NCBI GenBank assembly: GCA_963664875.1
Contig: OY761611.1
Location: 2,624,001-2,688,000 of the forward strand
Length of the DNA: 64,000 nt
Origin: Candidatus Kapaibacterium sp.
GTDB taxonomy: Bacteria > Bacteroidota > Ignavibacteria > Kapaibacteriales > UBA2268
Direction: 5' to 3'
Shown: positions 29,978 to 39,589 of the stretch, piece after piece
Numbering within the stretch: the stretch's first letter is position 1
Layout of the letters: each line of letters opens with the position of its first letter
Notes under the pieces: generated by a model
What the model was told of the DNA's origin: nothing
Database searches by the model: none
The model's input: the letters and a program-made list of their open reading frames with translations, nothing else
Translations under genes and position numbers: made by a program

Positions 29978-32031
29978 TGAGAGTATTATTTTATATATTA
30001 TTTTTCCTATTATCCTTTGCTGTCTCATTCGCGGATTCAAGCATAAAGGATTTGGAAAAACGTTTAGAAACTGCTGAAATAGATGATAAGATTATTATTC
30101 TAAATAAGCTTGCAGAGCTCTATTCGGATAAAGATGCCAAAAGATCCATCGACTATGCCACAAAAGCTGCTGAGCTTTCGAAACCGCAGCAGAATCGCCG
30201 TCAAATTGCAAGAGCTTTTAATACAATTGGTAAAGCACATATACATGCAGGCAAAACTCAATATTCAATAGAGTACTTTAAAAAAGCTCTTCAGTTAAAT
30301 AAATACCTTAAAGACTATTTGGAATTAGCAAAAACGCTAAACAATATCGGTGTAGCCCACAGATACACAAGTAACTATTCTTCTGCTCTTAAATATCATC
30401 TCGAAGCTATCGAGTACAGCCAGAGAGCTTCTTCCATCGAGCAGTTAGTCGAATCATATAATAACGCCGGCATCATCTTCCGAAATATAAAACTTGAAAA
30501 CAAAGCGCTTGAATTTTACGATAAAGCACTCAATGTGAGTAAAAGCAACAATTACAAAATGGGAATTGCTCTTTCTTTAAATAACATCGGTACTTTTTAC
30601 TGGTACGCCGGTGATAATGACAAAGCACTTGATTATTATGAGAAAGCAAAATTAGAATTTAAGCAGATAGATTCCTTGGGTGATGGTGTTGCCGGTTCTT
30701 ACAATAATATAGCTAACGTTTACCGCACAATGGGTAATTATGCCAAGGCTTTGCAGCTATATACCAAGTCTTTAGATTTGAGTACTGATAACGGCGACAT
30801 GAATTTGATGGCAGTTACTATGAAAAATATTGGTGTCTGCTATAAGTTGCAAAAGGATTATGTAACAGCATTAGATTATCTCAGAAATGCACTGAGACTT
30901 GCCAATGAAATATCACTAAACAAATATGTACTGGATACTTACTTTGAGCTTTCTGATTTATATACTTTACTTGGCAACTCCGATAAAGCTCTTGAGTATT
31001 TTAAAATGTATTCCGAAAGGAAAGACTCACTTTTCACTCAATATACAAGCACTGTGGTTGCCGAGCTCGGAGCAAAGTACGAAATGGACAGTAAGGTTCG
31101 CGAAAATGAAATGCTAAAAGCGGACATTCAGACTTCCGAAACTACCCGTAACTACATGGCAATTATTGTTGTGCTTGTGTTTGTGATAGCCGCTGTGTTG
31201 CTAAGCAAAAACAGAGCTTCCAAAAAAGCAAATGATAAGCTCACTAAACAAAATGAAACTATTACCAAGCAAAAAGATGAATTAGATATGCTGTTGAGTG
31301 ATTTGAAAAAAAGTGAAGAAGCACTCAAATCTGCAAATAGTGCAAAAGATAAGCTCTTCTCCGTTATCGGGCATGATCTCAAAAATCCTATGCACATAAT
31401 TTTATCTTCGTCGTCATTAGCTTTAGAGCATTTCAAAAAAGAGAATTGGTCAAAGCTCGAAAATCATTTGTTTAAAATTACCAAAAACACAAATATTTCT
31501 ATAGAACTTCTCAACAACCTGCTGCAATGGGCTCGTTCCCAAAGTAAAGGGCTTCAGGTTTCTCCTAAACTTGTATCCGTTGAGGATTTGCTCACTCCTC
31601 TCAATGACCTTCTCGACGAAATGAAATCACGCAAAAGCATTACCGTCGAAGCAAATATCGATAAAAATGCAACAGCTTTTGCAGATGTAAATATGCTTTC
31701 TACTGTCTTGCGCAATTTGCTTTCTAATGCTATGAAATTTACCAACAGGAACGGTAATATAGTTATCAGTGCTGATGTTATAGATGATTTGCTCTACTTG
31801 AAAGTAAAAGACAATGGAGTCGGTATTAGCGAAGCGGCACTTGAAAAACTTTTTGATCCCGGAAGCAATTATACAAGCAGAGGTACTGACGATGAAAAAG
31901 GTACAGGCCTAGGGCTAATTCTTTGCAAAGAGTTTGTAGATAAAAACAACGGTAGAATAGAAGTAAGTAGCAAGCTGAACGAAGGGACAGAGTTTACAGT
32001 CATTTTGCCTGCTAAAGACAAGTCAATTTAA
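29977..32031 (+). CDS. TPR-containing sensor histidine kinase
   Basis: TPR repeats, TM helix, VIGHDLKNP, NLLSNAMKFT, DNGVG, GTGLGL. TAATG overlap with the upstream kinase. Confidence 0.93.
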   Translation: MRVLFYILFFLLSFAVSFADSSIKDLEKRLETAEIDDKIIILNKLAELYSDKDAKRSIDYATKAAELSKPQQNRRQIARAFNTIGKAHIHAGKTQYSIEYFKKALQLNKYLKDYLELAKTLNNIGVAHRYTSNYSSALKYHLEAIEYSQRASSIEQLVESYNNAGIIFRNIKLENKALEFYDKALNVSKSNNYKMGIALSLNNIGTFYWYAGDNDKALDYYEKAKLEFKQIDSLGDGVAGSYNNIANVYRTMGNYAKALQLYTKSLDLSTDNGDMNLMAVTMKNIGVCYKLQKDYVTALDYLRNALRLANEISLNKYVLDTYFELSDLYTLLGNSDKALEYFKMYSERKDSLFTQYTSTVVAELGAKYEMDSKVRENEMLKADIQTSETTRNYMAIIVVLVFVIAAVLLSKNRASKKANDKLTKQNETITKQKDELDMLLSDLKKSEEALKSANSAKDKLFSVIGHDLKNPMHIILSSSSLALEHFKKENWSKLENHLFKITKNTNISIELLNNLLQWARSQSKGLQVSPKLVSVEDLLTPLNDLLDEMKSRKSITVEANIDKNATAFADVNMLSTVLRNLLSNAMKFTNRNGNIVISADVIDDLLYLKVKDNGVGISEAALEKLFDPGSNYTSRGTDDEKGTGLGLILCKEFVDKNNGRIEVSSKLNEGTEFTVILPAKDKSI

Positions 32032-32058
32032 TTACTCAGAAACTTAAAGAAATACAAG

Positions 32059-32928
32059 ATGAATACAAAAGGTATTGTACTTGCCGGCGGAAGCGGCACA
32101 AGACTATATCCTATGACTGCTGTATTTAGTAAGCAGCTACAGGTAGTGTACGACAAACCAATGATTTATTATCCGATTGCTACACTGATGCAGGCTGGCA
32201 TTCAAGATATAATGATAATTTCGACTCCTAACGATACTCCAAATTTCAAAAAACTACTTGGGAATGGAGCTAATTGGGGACTAAATCTGAGTTATCAGAT
32301 ACAAGAAAGACCAGGTGGCATTGCAGAAGCATTTATTTATGCAAGAGATTTTATTGGTAGCGATCAAGTCTGCCTTATCTTGGGTGATAATTTGTTTTAC
32401 GGACCTATGGGATTTTTTAGAAATGCCGTTAAGTCAAATTCCGGTGCTACAGTGTTCGGTTATAGAGTAAACAATCCTTCTGCTTATGGTGTTGTCGAAT
32501 TTGACTCAGAGGGCAAAGTGAAGAGCATAGAAGAAAAGCCTGAAATACCTAAATCTAAATATGCGATACCCGGACTTTATGTATTTGCAAATGATGTCAA
32601 AAACAAAGCTTTAGAGCTTAAACCAAGTAAACGGGGGGAACTTGAAATTACTGATTTGCAGAAACTCTATATGGAAGAAGGCAAGCTTAATGTCGAAATC
32701 ATGGAACGTGGCATTGCTTGGTTAGATACTGGCACTCCCGAATCTCTCATGGAGGCATCTACATTTATCCATGCAATAGAGAAAAGGCAAGGCAGAAAAA
32801 TAGCCTGCTTAGAAGAAATTGCTCTCGAGATGGGTTTTATAACTACAGAAGAATATAAACAGAATGTCGATTCATTGCCTGAATGCTCCTATAAAGAATA
32901 TTGCAGAGATGTATTGAAATCATTATAA
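32059..32928 (+). CDS. rfbA: Glucose-1-phosphate thymidylyltransferase
   Basis: GIVLAGGSGTRLYP, YDKPMIYYP, LGDN, EEKP, RGELEITD, WLDTGT. Confidence 0.96.
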   Translation: MNTKGIVLAGGSGTRLYPMTAVFSKQLQVVYDKPMIYYPIATLMQAGIQDIMIISTPNDTPNFKKLLGNGANWGLNLSYQIQERPGGIAEAFIYARDFIGSDQVCLILGDNLFYGPMGFFRNAVKSNSGATVFGYRVNNPSAYGVVEFDSEGKVKSIEEKPEIPKSKYAIPGLYVFANDVKNKALELKPSKRGELEITDLQKLYMEEGKLNVEIMERGIAWLDTGTPESLMEASTFIHAIEKRQGRKIACLEEIALEMGFITTEEYKQNVDSLPECSYKEYCRDVLKSL

Positions 32929-32996
32929 CATTTGGCAGAGCAGTTTTTTATCTCTATCTTGCATTGATTGTTTTCATTCTGCCATTAGGAGAATAA

Positions 32997-33593
32997 ATGG
33001 ATTTTTTAAATACGGACAGTTCGTTTTATATTTGGGTCGTAATACCCGGAATGTTATTTGTTGCCCGAATTTTAGATGTTAGCATAGGCACTATAAGAAT
33101 TATCCTAATCAGCAAAGGCTATAGAGCACTTGCTCCAATTCTCGGTTTCGTCGAAGCGTTTGTATGGGTGGTTGCAGTCAGCCAGGTGATGGCAAATCTA
33201 AACAATTTCTTTTACTATATAGCATACGCCGGTGGATTTGCCACAGGAACTTATGTTGGTATTTGGATTGAACATAAGCTTTCTCTTGGCAAAGTAATCG
33301 TAAGGGTAATCACCAATCGCGATGCTTCAGAACTACTACACCATCTCCGTAGTGAAGAGTTTGCAGTTACAAGTGTTGATGCAGAAGGCAAATACGGTGC
33401 AGTTAAAGTGTTGTTCCTTATTTGCAACAGAAAATTATTGTCCGATGTTGTTGATACAATCAAAGAGTATAATCCTAAAGCATTTTACACAGTGGAAGAT
33501 CTCAGACTGGTCAGCGGAGGAGTAATGCCGACTCAGTCAGTATTTTCCAGAAAAACTAAAAACAACAAAAAAGCATTTAATATCAGGAAGTAG
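32997..33593 (+). CDS. UPF0316/DUF2179-family membrane protein
   Basis: ARILDVSIGTIR, YAGGFATGTYVG, C-terminal DAEG...PKAFYTVED. Confidence 0.85.
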   Translation: MDFLNTDSSFYIWVVIPGMLFVARILDVSIGTIRIILISKGYRALAPILGFVEAFVWVVAVSQVMANLNNFFYYIAYAGGFATGTYVGIWIEHKLSLGKVIVRVITNRDASELLHHLRSEEFAVTSVDAEGKYGAVKVLFLICNRKLLSDVVDTIKEYNPKAFYTVEDLRLVSGGVMPTQSVFSRKTKNNKKAFNIRK

Positions 33594-33746
33594 TTTTGAA
33601 GAGGGAGACTATGTGAGTTTACTGCTCATTGGAACAAGGGAAAAATAACTAATATTAATTCTCAAAATGTGGAAAATCTTTTTGTAGAATCGGAATAACT
33701 CCTTATATTTGTTTTCTCTATAAAATAGTATTTTGGAGTTAAGGCA

Positions 33747-33926
33747 ATGGCTAAGAAAGAACAGAGAATCCAAATCACTTTGGAATGCACAGAAGCCAAA
33801 CAGCACGGTGTACCGGCATCAAGATATTCTACTATGAAAAACAAGCAAAATACACCGGAACGTATTGAATTGAAAAAATACAACCCGTTTTTGCGTAAAC
33901 ACACAGTTCACAAAGAAATCAAGTAG
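33747..33926 (+). CDS. rpmG: 50S ribosomal protein L33
   Basis: Translated by hand (absent from the ORF track): [59 protein letters not shown]. Confidence 0.97.
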   Translation: MAKKEQRIQITLECTEAKQHGVPASRYSTMKNKQNTPERIELKKYNPFLRKHTVHKEIK

Positions 33927-33955
33927 TATCAGGCTTCTTCTCTTTGAAAGATTTA

Positions 33956-33991
33956 AAAAGGCAGGCAAATTGAAAAATGTGTCTGCCTTTT
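33956..33991 (+). terminator. Terminator of rpmG
   Basis: AAAAGGCAG ... CTGCCTTTT. Confidence 0.7.
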
Positions 33992-34075
33992 ATCATTTGG
34001 GACGTTAGTATTCGAATTGTTTTTGTTGGTTCAAAATTGTGGATAATCCGATAAAAGTCTAAACTTTCAGGGCAT

Positions 34076-34109
34076 ATAATCCCCAAAAGTATTGACTTTT
34101 GGGGATTAT
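34076..34109 (-). terminator. Hairpin downstream of nadB
   Basis: Perfect 15-bp stem ATAATCCCCAAAAGT-ATTG-ACTTTTGGGGATTAT. Confidence 0.7.
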
Positions 34110-34132
34110 GAACAATATTAAAGAATAGACTT

Positions 34133-35680
34133 CTAAATCTGGTAGTGTGTTCCCATGCTGGTTCTTGCTTCTAATGTCGCATTGGTAACAGCAATAGCCG
34201 TTTGCACTCCGTTTCTGAGTTCAACAGTTTCTTTTGTCATTTTTACACGCTTATAAAACTGCTCCACTTCGGACTGTAAATGACGAAATATAGTATGTGC
34301 CCTTTGCAGGCGAGGTCTTGTGCGGACTAAGCCAACATAGTTCCACATAGTATTTTTTATATTTTGCCAGTCTTGTGCTATCAAAGCAGGATCGACAGAC
34401 TCGTACTCATCTTCCCAATCATAAATAGCCGGGAAGTAATCATCTTTTCTGCTTCTCTCTGCAGCATCTTTGCCCGCAATATGTCCCCATACTACTGCTT
34501 CGAGTAAAGAAGTTGATGCTAATCGGTTAGCTCCGTGAACTCCGGTGCATGCGACTTCGCCAACGGCATAAAGTCTTTGTAGAGAGCTTCTTCCTTTTAG
34601 TGATACTCCCACTCCGCCACATGAATAGTGCGCTGCCGGAACTACCGGTATAGGTTCGCTTGTCATGTCAATGCCATAAGACATACAATGTTCGTTGATA
34701 GTAGGGAACCTATCTCTAAGCCATTCGCCGGGTTTGTGAGTAATATCTAAATAAACACAAGGGTGGCTTGTTTCAAGCATTGTAGTGTGAATAGCACGAG
34801 CCACTATATCGCGGGGAGCTAAAGAGCCAAGTTCGTGGAAATTTTTCATAAACTCATTACCCCGGTCATCTATTAGTACGCCACCTTCGCCTCTAACCGC
34901 TTCGGAGATAAGAAAACGCTCTCCGGCAGTATAAAGTGTGGTCGGATGGAACTGGATAAACTGCAAATTGAAGCATCTCGCACCTGCTCTCCATGCAAGG
35001 GCTATACCGTCGCCGGTTGACTCCTTAGGATTAGTTGTGTGTAGATATATTTGACCTACACCTCCAGTAGCAAGTATTGTTCTTGATGCAAAAATAGGGA
35101 ATACTGTTTCTGACTCATTATCCAAAATATACGCACCGAAGCAAGCAGGCTTTTCGTAAATATCCAAAGAATTTTTTGAATGGTGAGAAAGAGTAAGCAA
35201 ATCAACAGCCGTGTGGTTAGTGATTACTTCTATATTCGGATGATTTTTAACAGCTTCTACTATTCCGACATGGATAGACTTTCCGGTCTTATCTTTCGAA
35301 TGTATTATTCTTGGCTCTGAGTGTGCTCCTTCAGCAGTCAAATCCAGACGATTTTCCTTTTCATGTTTGTCAAAATCAATGTGACATCTTTCAATCAATA
35401 TTTTTTTGACAAGTTCCGGCCCTAAATTTACCAGTTGGTCAACAGCTACTTCCCAGCAGTGCCCGTCTCCTGCTATCAAAATATCTTTTTTAAGCTTTTC
35501 GGGAGAATCATCTAAGCCCTTGTATATTATACCACCCTGAGCATAAGGAGTATTGCCGCTTATCAACTCGTCAGTTTTGGTAACTATTGTAACCTGCCTA
35601 CCCTCGTCTGCAGCTGCAAGAGCAGCAGTTGCTCCTGCGAGACCGGAGCCGAGTATGAGGATATCTGTATATTTAGCCAT
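34133..35680 (-). CDS. nadB: L-aspartate oxidase
   Basis: GSGLAG, YAQGGI, EGAHS, QFHPT, LISEAVRGEG, LAPRDIVAR, AAHYSCGG, GVHGANRLASTSLLE. Confidence 0.97.
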   Translation of the reverse strand: MAKYTDILILGSGLAGATAALAAADEGRQVTIVTKTDELISGNTPYAQGGIIYKGLDDSPEKLKKDILIAGDGHCWEVAVDQLVNLGPELVKKILIERCHIDFDKHEKENRLDLTAEGAHSEPRIIHSKDKTGKSIHVGIVEAVKNHPNIEVITNHTAVDLLTLSHHSKNSLDIYEKPACFGAYILDNESETVFPIFASRTILATGGVGQIYLHTTNPKESTGDGIALAWRAGARCFNLQFIQFHPTTLYTAGERFLISEAVRGEGGVLIDDRGNEFMKNFHELGSLAPRDIVARAIHTTMLETSHPCVYLDITHKPGEWLRDRFPTINEHCMSYGIDMTSEPIPVVPAAHYSCGGVGVSLKGRSSLQRLYAVGEVACTGVHGANRLASTSLLEAVVWGHIAGKDAAERSRKDDYFPAIYDWEDEYESVDPALIAQDWQNIKNTMWNYVGLVRTRPRLQRAHTIFRHLQSEVEQFYKRVKMTKETVELRNGVQTAIAVTNATLEARTSMGTHYQI

Positions 35681-35904
35681 GATATATCACTTTTTTATAT
35701 TTCTTTTTTGTTTTTGGAGAAGATAAAGGAATCTTTAGCAACTCATTAGTGGATAATTTTGTCAATTCTTTTTGAATAATACATGCTGGAATTCATTCAA
35801 ACAAGAAGTGATTTTATATAAGATTATTACTTAGACTAATGCGTTCCAACTACTGCGACCTCCGGTCATCCCTAAGGGGAATTTATAATTATTCTCTAAA
35901 GTTC

Positions 35905-36771
35905 CTACTCAAACTCTACATGAATATCCGCTGCTTTTACTGAGTGAGTAAGAGCACCGATTGATATTGCATTTACTCCGGTAGTTACATACCCCGGAAG
36001 AGTTTCGTAGGTTATACCGCCCGAAGATTCTATAAACAAGTTTTTACCGTTGTCAGTTTCTCTGATAAGTTCTACAGCTCTGACAGTAGTTTCAGGATTC
36101 ATATTGTCCAAAAGAAAAGCGTCTGCTCCTGCTGTATATGCTTCTACTATCTGGTTGAAATTTTCTACTTCAACTTCAACTATTTTATCAGGGAATTTTT
36201 GTTTAGCGGATCTAACAGCATCTCCCACCGAACCGGCTGCTGCAATGTGATTATCTTTAATCAGGATTCCTGCTGATAGATCTAATCTGTGGTTTGTACC
36301 ACCGCCGCATGCAACCGCATATTTTTCGAACAAACGCAAGCCGGGTGTGGTTTTGCGAGTATCCAAGATATGTACGCCATGTGGTTTAGCTATTACTACA
36401 TATTTAGCAGTCTGAGTTGCGATTCCGCATAGTCTTTGAATAAGATTCAGCATAGGGCGTTCTAATGTCAGAATTTCATCTGCCGGGCCTGTTACTTTTG
36501 CAATAATGTCTCCGTTTTTCAGAGCGTCACCGTCTTTGGCTACCATCTCTACTTTAAACTTTTCGCCATCGAAGAATGTAGGAATAACTAACTCACCTGC
36601 AAAAACTAACTCCTGCTGTGCTTCTATGATAGCAGTAACAGTTTGAGATTCTTTCACAGTGCCGATTGTAGTGATATCGCCTGCCGGCATATCTTCTTCC
36701 AAAAACTCTTTAATCTTGCGTTGAATATATTCTTTTGGCAATGATTTTTGTTGTTCGTATAATACCATCAC
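35905..36771 (-). CDS. nadC: Quinolinate phosphoribosyltransferase (nicotinate-nucleotide diphosphorylase)
   Basis: EDMPAGDITT, LDTRKTTPGLR, NHRLDL, IKDNH, EVEVE, LLDN, ESSGGI, IGALTHS. Confidence 0.97.
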   Translation of the reverse strand: MMVLYEQQKSLPKEYIQRKIKEFLEEDMPAGDITTIGTVKESQTVTAIIEAQQELVFAGELVIPTFFDGEKFKVEMVAKDGDALKNGDIIAKVTGPADEILTLERPMLNLIQRLCGIATQTAKYVVIAKPHGVHILDTRKTTPGLRLFEKYAVACGGGTNHRLDLSAGILIKDNHIAAAGSVGDAVRSAKQKFPDKIVEVEVENFNQIVEAYTAGADAFLLDNMNPETTVRAVELIRETDNGKNLFIESSGGITYETLPGYVTTGVNAISIGALTHSVKAADIHVEFE

Positions 36772-37691
36772 TTGCTAAGCTCCAACATTTTTTCCAAAGG
36801 TTTTAGTGCTTTTAATCTTACTTCTTCATCCATAAGTAGTTCAGGTTGCATATTTTCCAAAGCTGCTATCATTTTATCTATAGTATTTAATCTCATGTGA
36901 GGGCATTCGTTACATGCACAGCCTTTGAGGCTTGGTACAGGTATAAATTCTTTACCCGGCACACGTTTTTTCATCTCGTGGATAATGCCTGATTCAGTCA
37001 GAATTATAAACTCTTTTGCGTCGCTTTCGCCTGCTCTTGTGATAATTTTTGCAGTGGAGCCGATGAAGTCTGCATAAGCCAGAATATGCTCAGGGCATTC
37101 CGGGTGCGCAAGAACTTCTGCGTCAGGGTACTTTGCCATTAAGTTAATCACTTCTTTTTCGGAAAATTCCTGATGTACTTCGCAGCTACCGTCCCACATT
37201 ACCATATCTCTGCCGGTTTGTTTACTTACAAACGCGCCAAGATATTTATCAGGAGCGAAGCATATTTTTTGATCTGCCGGAAGAGCTTTGATAATGTCAA
37301 CTGCATTCGAAGAAGTGCAGATAACATCCGACATAGCCTTCACGTCAGCAGTACAATTTATATAAGAAACCACGATATGGTCATCATGCTCTTTTACCCA
37401 TTTTTCAAAAGCTTCTTTCGGAGCCGAATCAGCAAGAGAGCAGCCTGCTTCCATATCGGGAACAAGTACGGTCTTAGTTGGATTTAAAATTTTGGCAGTT
37501 TCAGCCATAAAGTGAACACCGCAGAAAAGAATAACATCTGCTTCCACATTTTGTGCAGCTCTTGCCAAAGCCAGAGAGTCTCCCATAAAATCCGCAACAT
37601 CCTGGATAGTGGGATCCTGATAGAAATGCGCAAGAATGACAGCATTTCTTTCTTTCTTGAGTTGAGCCAGTCTTTCGAGTTTAGCTTGCAT
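36768..37691 (-). CDS. nadA: Quinolinate synthase
   Basis: LAHFYQ, GDSLALA, CGVHFMAETAK, AGCSLA, GSCEVH, AHPEC, CPHM. Confidence 0.97.
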   Translation of the reverse strand: MQAKLERLAQLKKERNAVILAHFYQDPTIQDVADFMGDSLALARAAQNVEADVILFCGVHFMAETAKILNPTKTVLVPDMEAGCSLADSAPKEAFEKWVKEHDDHIVVSYINCTADVKAMSDVICTSSNAVDIIKALPADQKICFAPDKYLGAFVSKQTGRDMVMWDGSCEVHQEFSEKEVINLMAKYPDAEVLAHPECPEHILAYADFIGSTAKIITRAGESDAKEFIILTESGIIHEMKKRVPGKEFIPVPSLKGCACNECPHMRLNTIDKMIAALENMQPELLMDEEVRLKALKPLEKMLELSK

Positions 37692-37957
37692 GGCACCAAT
37701 AGATTTATATTAAACAGGATTTGTATTATGCTATTATACGAAAAAAAGTGAGGAAGGCTCACTTTTACCTGCAAAATTAATGATTTATCCAATACAAGTG
37801 TTAGAAAAGTTTTGTGTTGGGTGTGGATGTTATGTATGTAGTGTTGTATTTTGTGAAAGCTATTATGAGTACCTCTGTTTGTGCTTAAAAGACAACTACT
37901 TATCTACTCACCTCGCTCCGCTCGAATATGAAAACGGGTTTGGTGGGTTTGCCTTTC

Positions 37958-38087
37958 CCCCGGGCTATTTGCTTTGAGCCTTTCAGGCTCGCACCAAAAA
38001 AATCGTAATTCGTAATTGACTACCTCGCCACCATCACTTTCATCGACTTAAAAACACTGTTGCCTCTGATATTGCAGATATACTTAC
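37958..38087. repeat. About 125-bp imperfect direct repeat (REP-like hairpin plus last CTD codons), second copy at 39459-39579
   Basis: Both copies share CCCGGGCTA..CTTTGAGCCTTTCAGGCTCGCACCAAAA and TAAAAACACTGTTGCCTCTGATATTGCAGA. Confidence 0.9.
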
Positions 38088-39342
38088 CTGCACTTACATT
38101 GGAACAATCCCATGAAAAAGTATGTTCTCCTGCTTCTAATAAGCCATGATGTAATGTTTGTATTACTCTGCCTGAGTTGTCATAGATGAAAACACTGATG
38201 TCTTCTGCATTAGCTATTGTGAAAGTTATCTCTGCTGTGTTTGTACTTGGATTAGGATATATTTTATCTTCTTTTATTTCCTCTTTCTCTTTTACTTTAG
38301 TTTTATTCCATGGAGGGAGGAACACTCCTATTGTATCTTTTGTTGGAACACTATACCCTCTACTACGAAAGGCAGGCATCTTTATACCTGAAGTGTCTGC
38401 ATCTCGTAAATAAAGGAAAGGAACATATGGGAGTATTTTATTATCTTTGATTTTCCCATTTTTTTGCGGTAGAATATAGAAATGTCGGTAATTGGAAGCA
38501 TAAGTTTGTCCATCTACAATTAACTCATTGCTAATTGGAGATAGATAGTAATTTGAGCATTGTAGGGTATCTCTATCGACAAAAAATGAAACATCTTGTA
38601 ATTCAGGATATGTATAAATAGCTGTTGGAATCTCACCATAATAATATGCTCCTGTAAAAAGCAGCATATACTTACCGTTTCTGCTAAATTCCACATCTGA
38701 AGTTGCATTTTCGTGTGCGTGTTGCGGCATATATTCTTCAATTTTAAGTGTATTTGCATCAAGCCAATAGATGCCGTGTGATTCACTACTCTCATTTCTC
38801 CAACCATACAGGATGTACTTGTCATCAGGAGAGTATGTGATTCCACCTTTGACATACTTGTTTAGTTGTTTTGAAGCTATTAGTTCCTGTGTTTCGATGT
38901 CGTAAATAGATACGATGTCGTGGTGGTCTAAAAATGCAATTCGCTTGCAGTCATTAGAAATTGATACGTCATCTACTTTTGTTTGAAAACTAAATCTTTT
39001 ATAGATTTTTCCTGTTTCTGTTTCCCAAATAGCAAAATCACTTTCTTTCATTTCACTTTTTGTATAAATAAACTTACTATTGCTCGAAAAACGAATCTTG
39101 GTAGAACCTAAGTAATTATCTAATTCACAATCAAGTAAAAAATCTCCTGTGTTAGCATCCCAAACTTGCAACTTATCAGTAAGCGATAGAAAATATTTAC
39201 CATCAGGAGAGATAGCAACATCAACTACCTGTGTTTGCCCATCTAAAGCCTTCCACCACAAGACATTTTCAAATTCCTGAGCCTGCAAGTAGTTTGGTAG
39301 AAGAAAAATTACAAAAAAAAGCATTGATATGAGCTTTTGCAT
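38020..39342 (-). CDS. WD40-repeat secreted protein with T9SS type A sorting domain
   Basis: Signal peptide; ISPDGKY, FSSNSKF, YSPDDKY, FSRNGKY; tail IYPNP...IYDNSGR...WD...SAGKYIC...KVMV. Confidence 0.9.
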   Translation of the reverse strand: MQKLISMLFFVIFLLPNYLQAQEFENVLWWKALDGQTQVVDVAISPDGKYFLSLTDKLQVWDANTGDFLLDCELDNYLGSTKIRFSSNSKFIYTKSEMKESDFAIWETETGKIYKRFSFQTKVDDVSISNDCKRIAFLDHHDIVSIYDIETQELIASKQLNKYVKGGITYSPDDKYILYGWRNESSESHGIYWLDANTLKIEEYMPQHAHENATSDVEFSRNGKYMLLFTGAYYYGEIPTAIYTYPELQDVSFFVDRDTLQCSNYYLSPISNELIVDGQTYASNYRHFYILPQKNGKIKDNKILPYVPFLYLRDADTSGIKMPAFRSRGYSVPTKDTIGVFLPPWNKTKVKEKEEIKEDKIYPNPSTNTAEITFTIANAEDISVFIYDNSGRVIQTLHHGLLEAGEHTFSWDCSNVSAGKYICNIRGNSVFKSMKVMVAR

Positions 39343-39377
39343 TTTGGTGTATCCTTGTGTTTGTGTTTTTTCTTGTC

Positions 39378-39491
39378 GCCCTTACAGGGCTCTATATTCT
39401 TATGACTTCTCTTTTTCCCGCACTTCGACTCGCTGCGCTCGCTCAGTGACCTTAGCTGCCCCGGGCTAATATCTTTGAGCCTTTCAGGCTC
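39378..39491. repeat. Cluster of REP-like palindromes
   Basis: GCCCTTACAGGGC, CACTTCGACTCGCTGCGCTCGCTCAGTG, CCCCGGGCTA and GAGCCTTTCAGGCTC in an otherwise AT-rich spacer. Confidence 0.65.
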
Positions 39492-39511
39492 GCACCAAAA
39501 TTCGTACTTGC

Positions 39512-39589
39512 TTACTTTACCACCATTACTTTCATCGATCTAAAAACACTGTTGCCTCTGATATTGCAGACATATTTACTCATACCCAT
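39512..39589 (-). pseudogene. Orphan 3' remnant of a T9SS cargo paralog (25-aa mini-ORF)
   Basis: Reads MGMSKYVCNIRGNSVFRSMKVMVVK*, versus AGKYICNIRGNSVFKSMKVMVAR* at the end of 38020..39342. Confidence 0.8.

Noticed and set aside
33609-33904. Two minus-strand ORFs (65 and 80 aa)
   Set aside because: They are antisense to the clear rpmG gene and its promoter.
37780-37977. 65-aa Cys-rich ORF as a RiPP or metallothionein
   Set aside because: The Cys codons come from a TG-rich low-complexity tract, the ORF runs into REP-like DNA, and there is no RBS or maturase.
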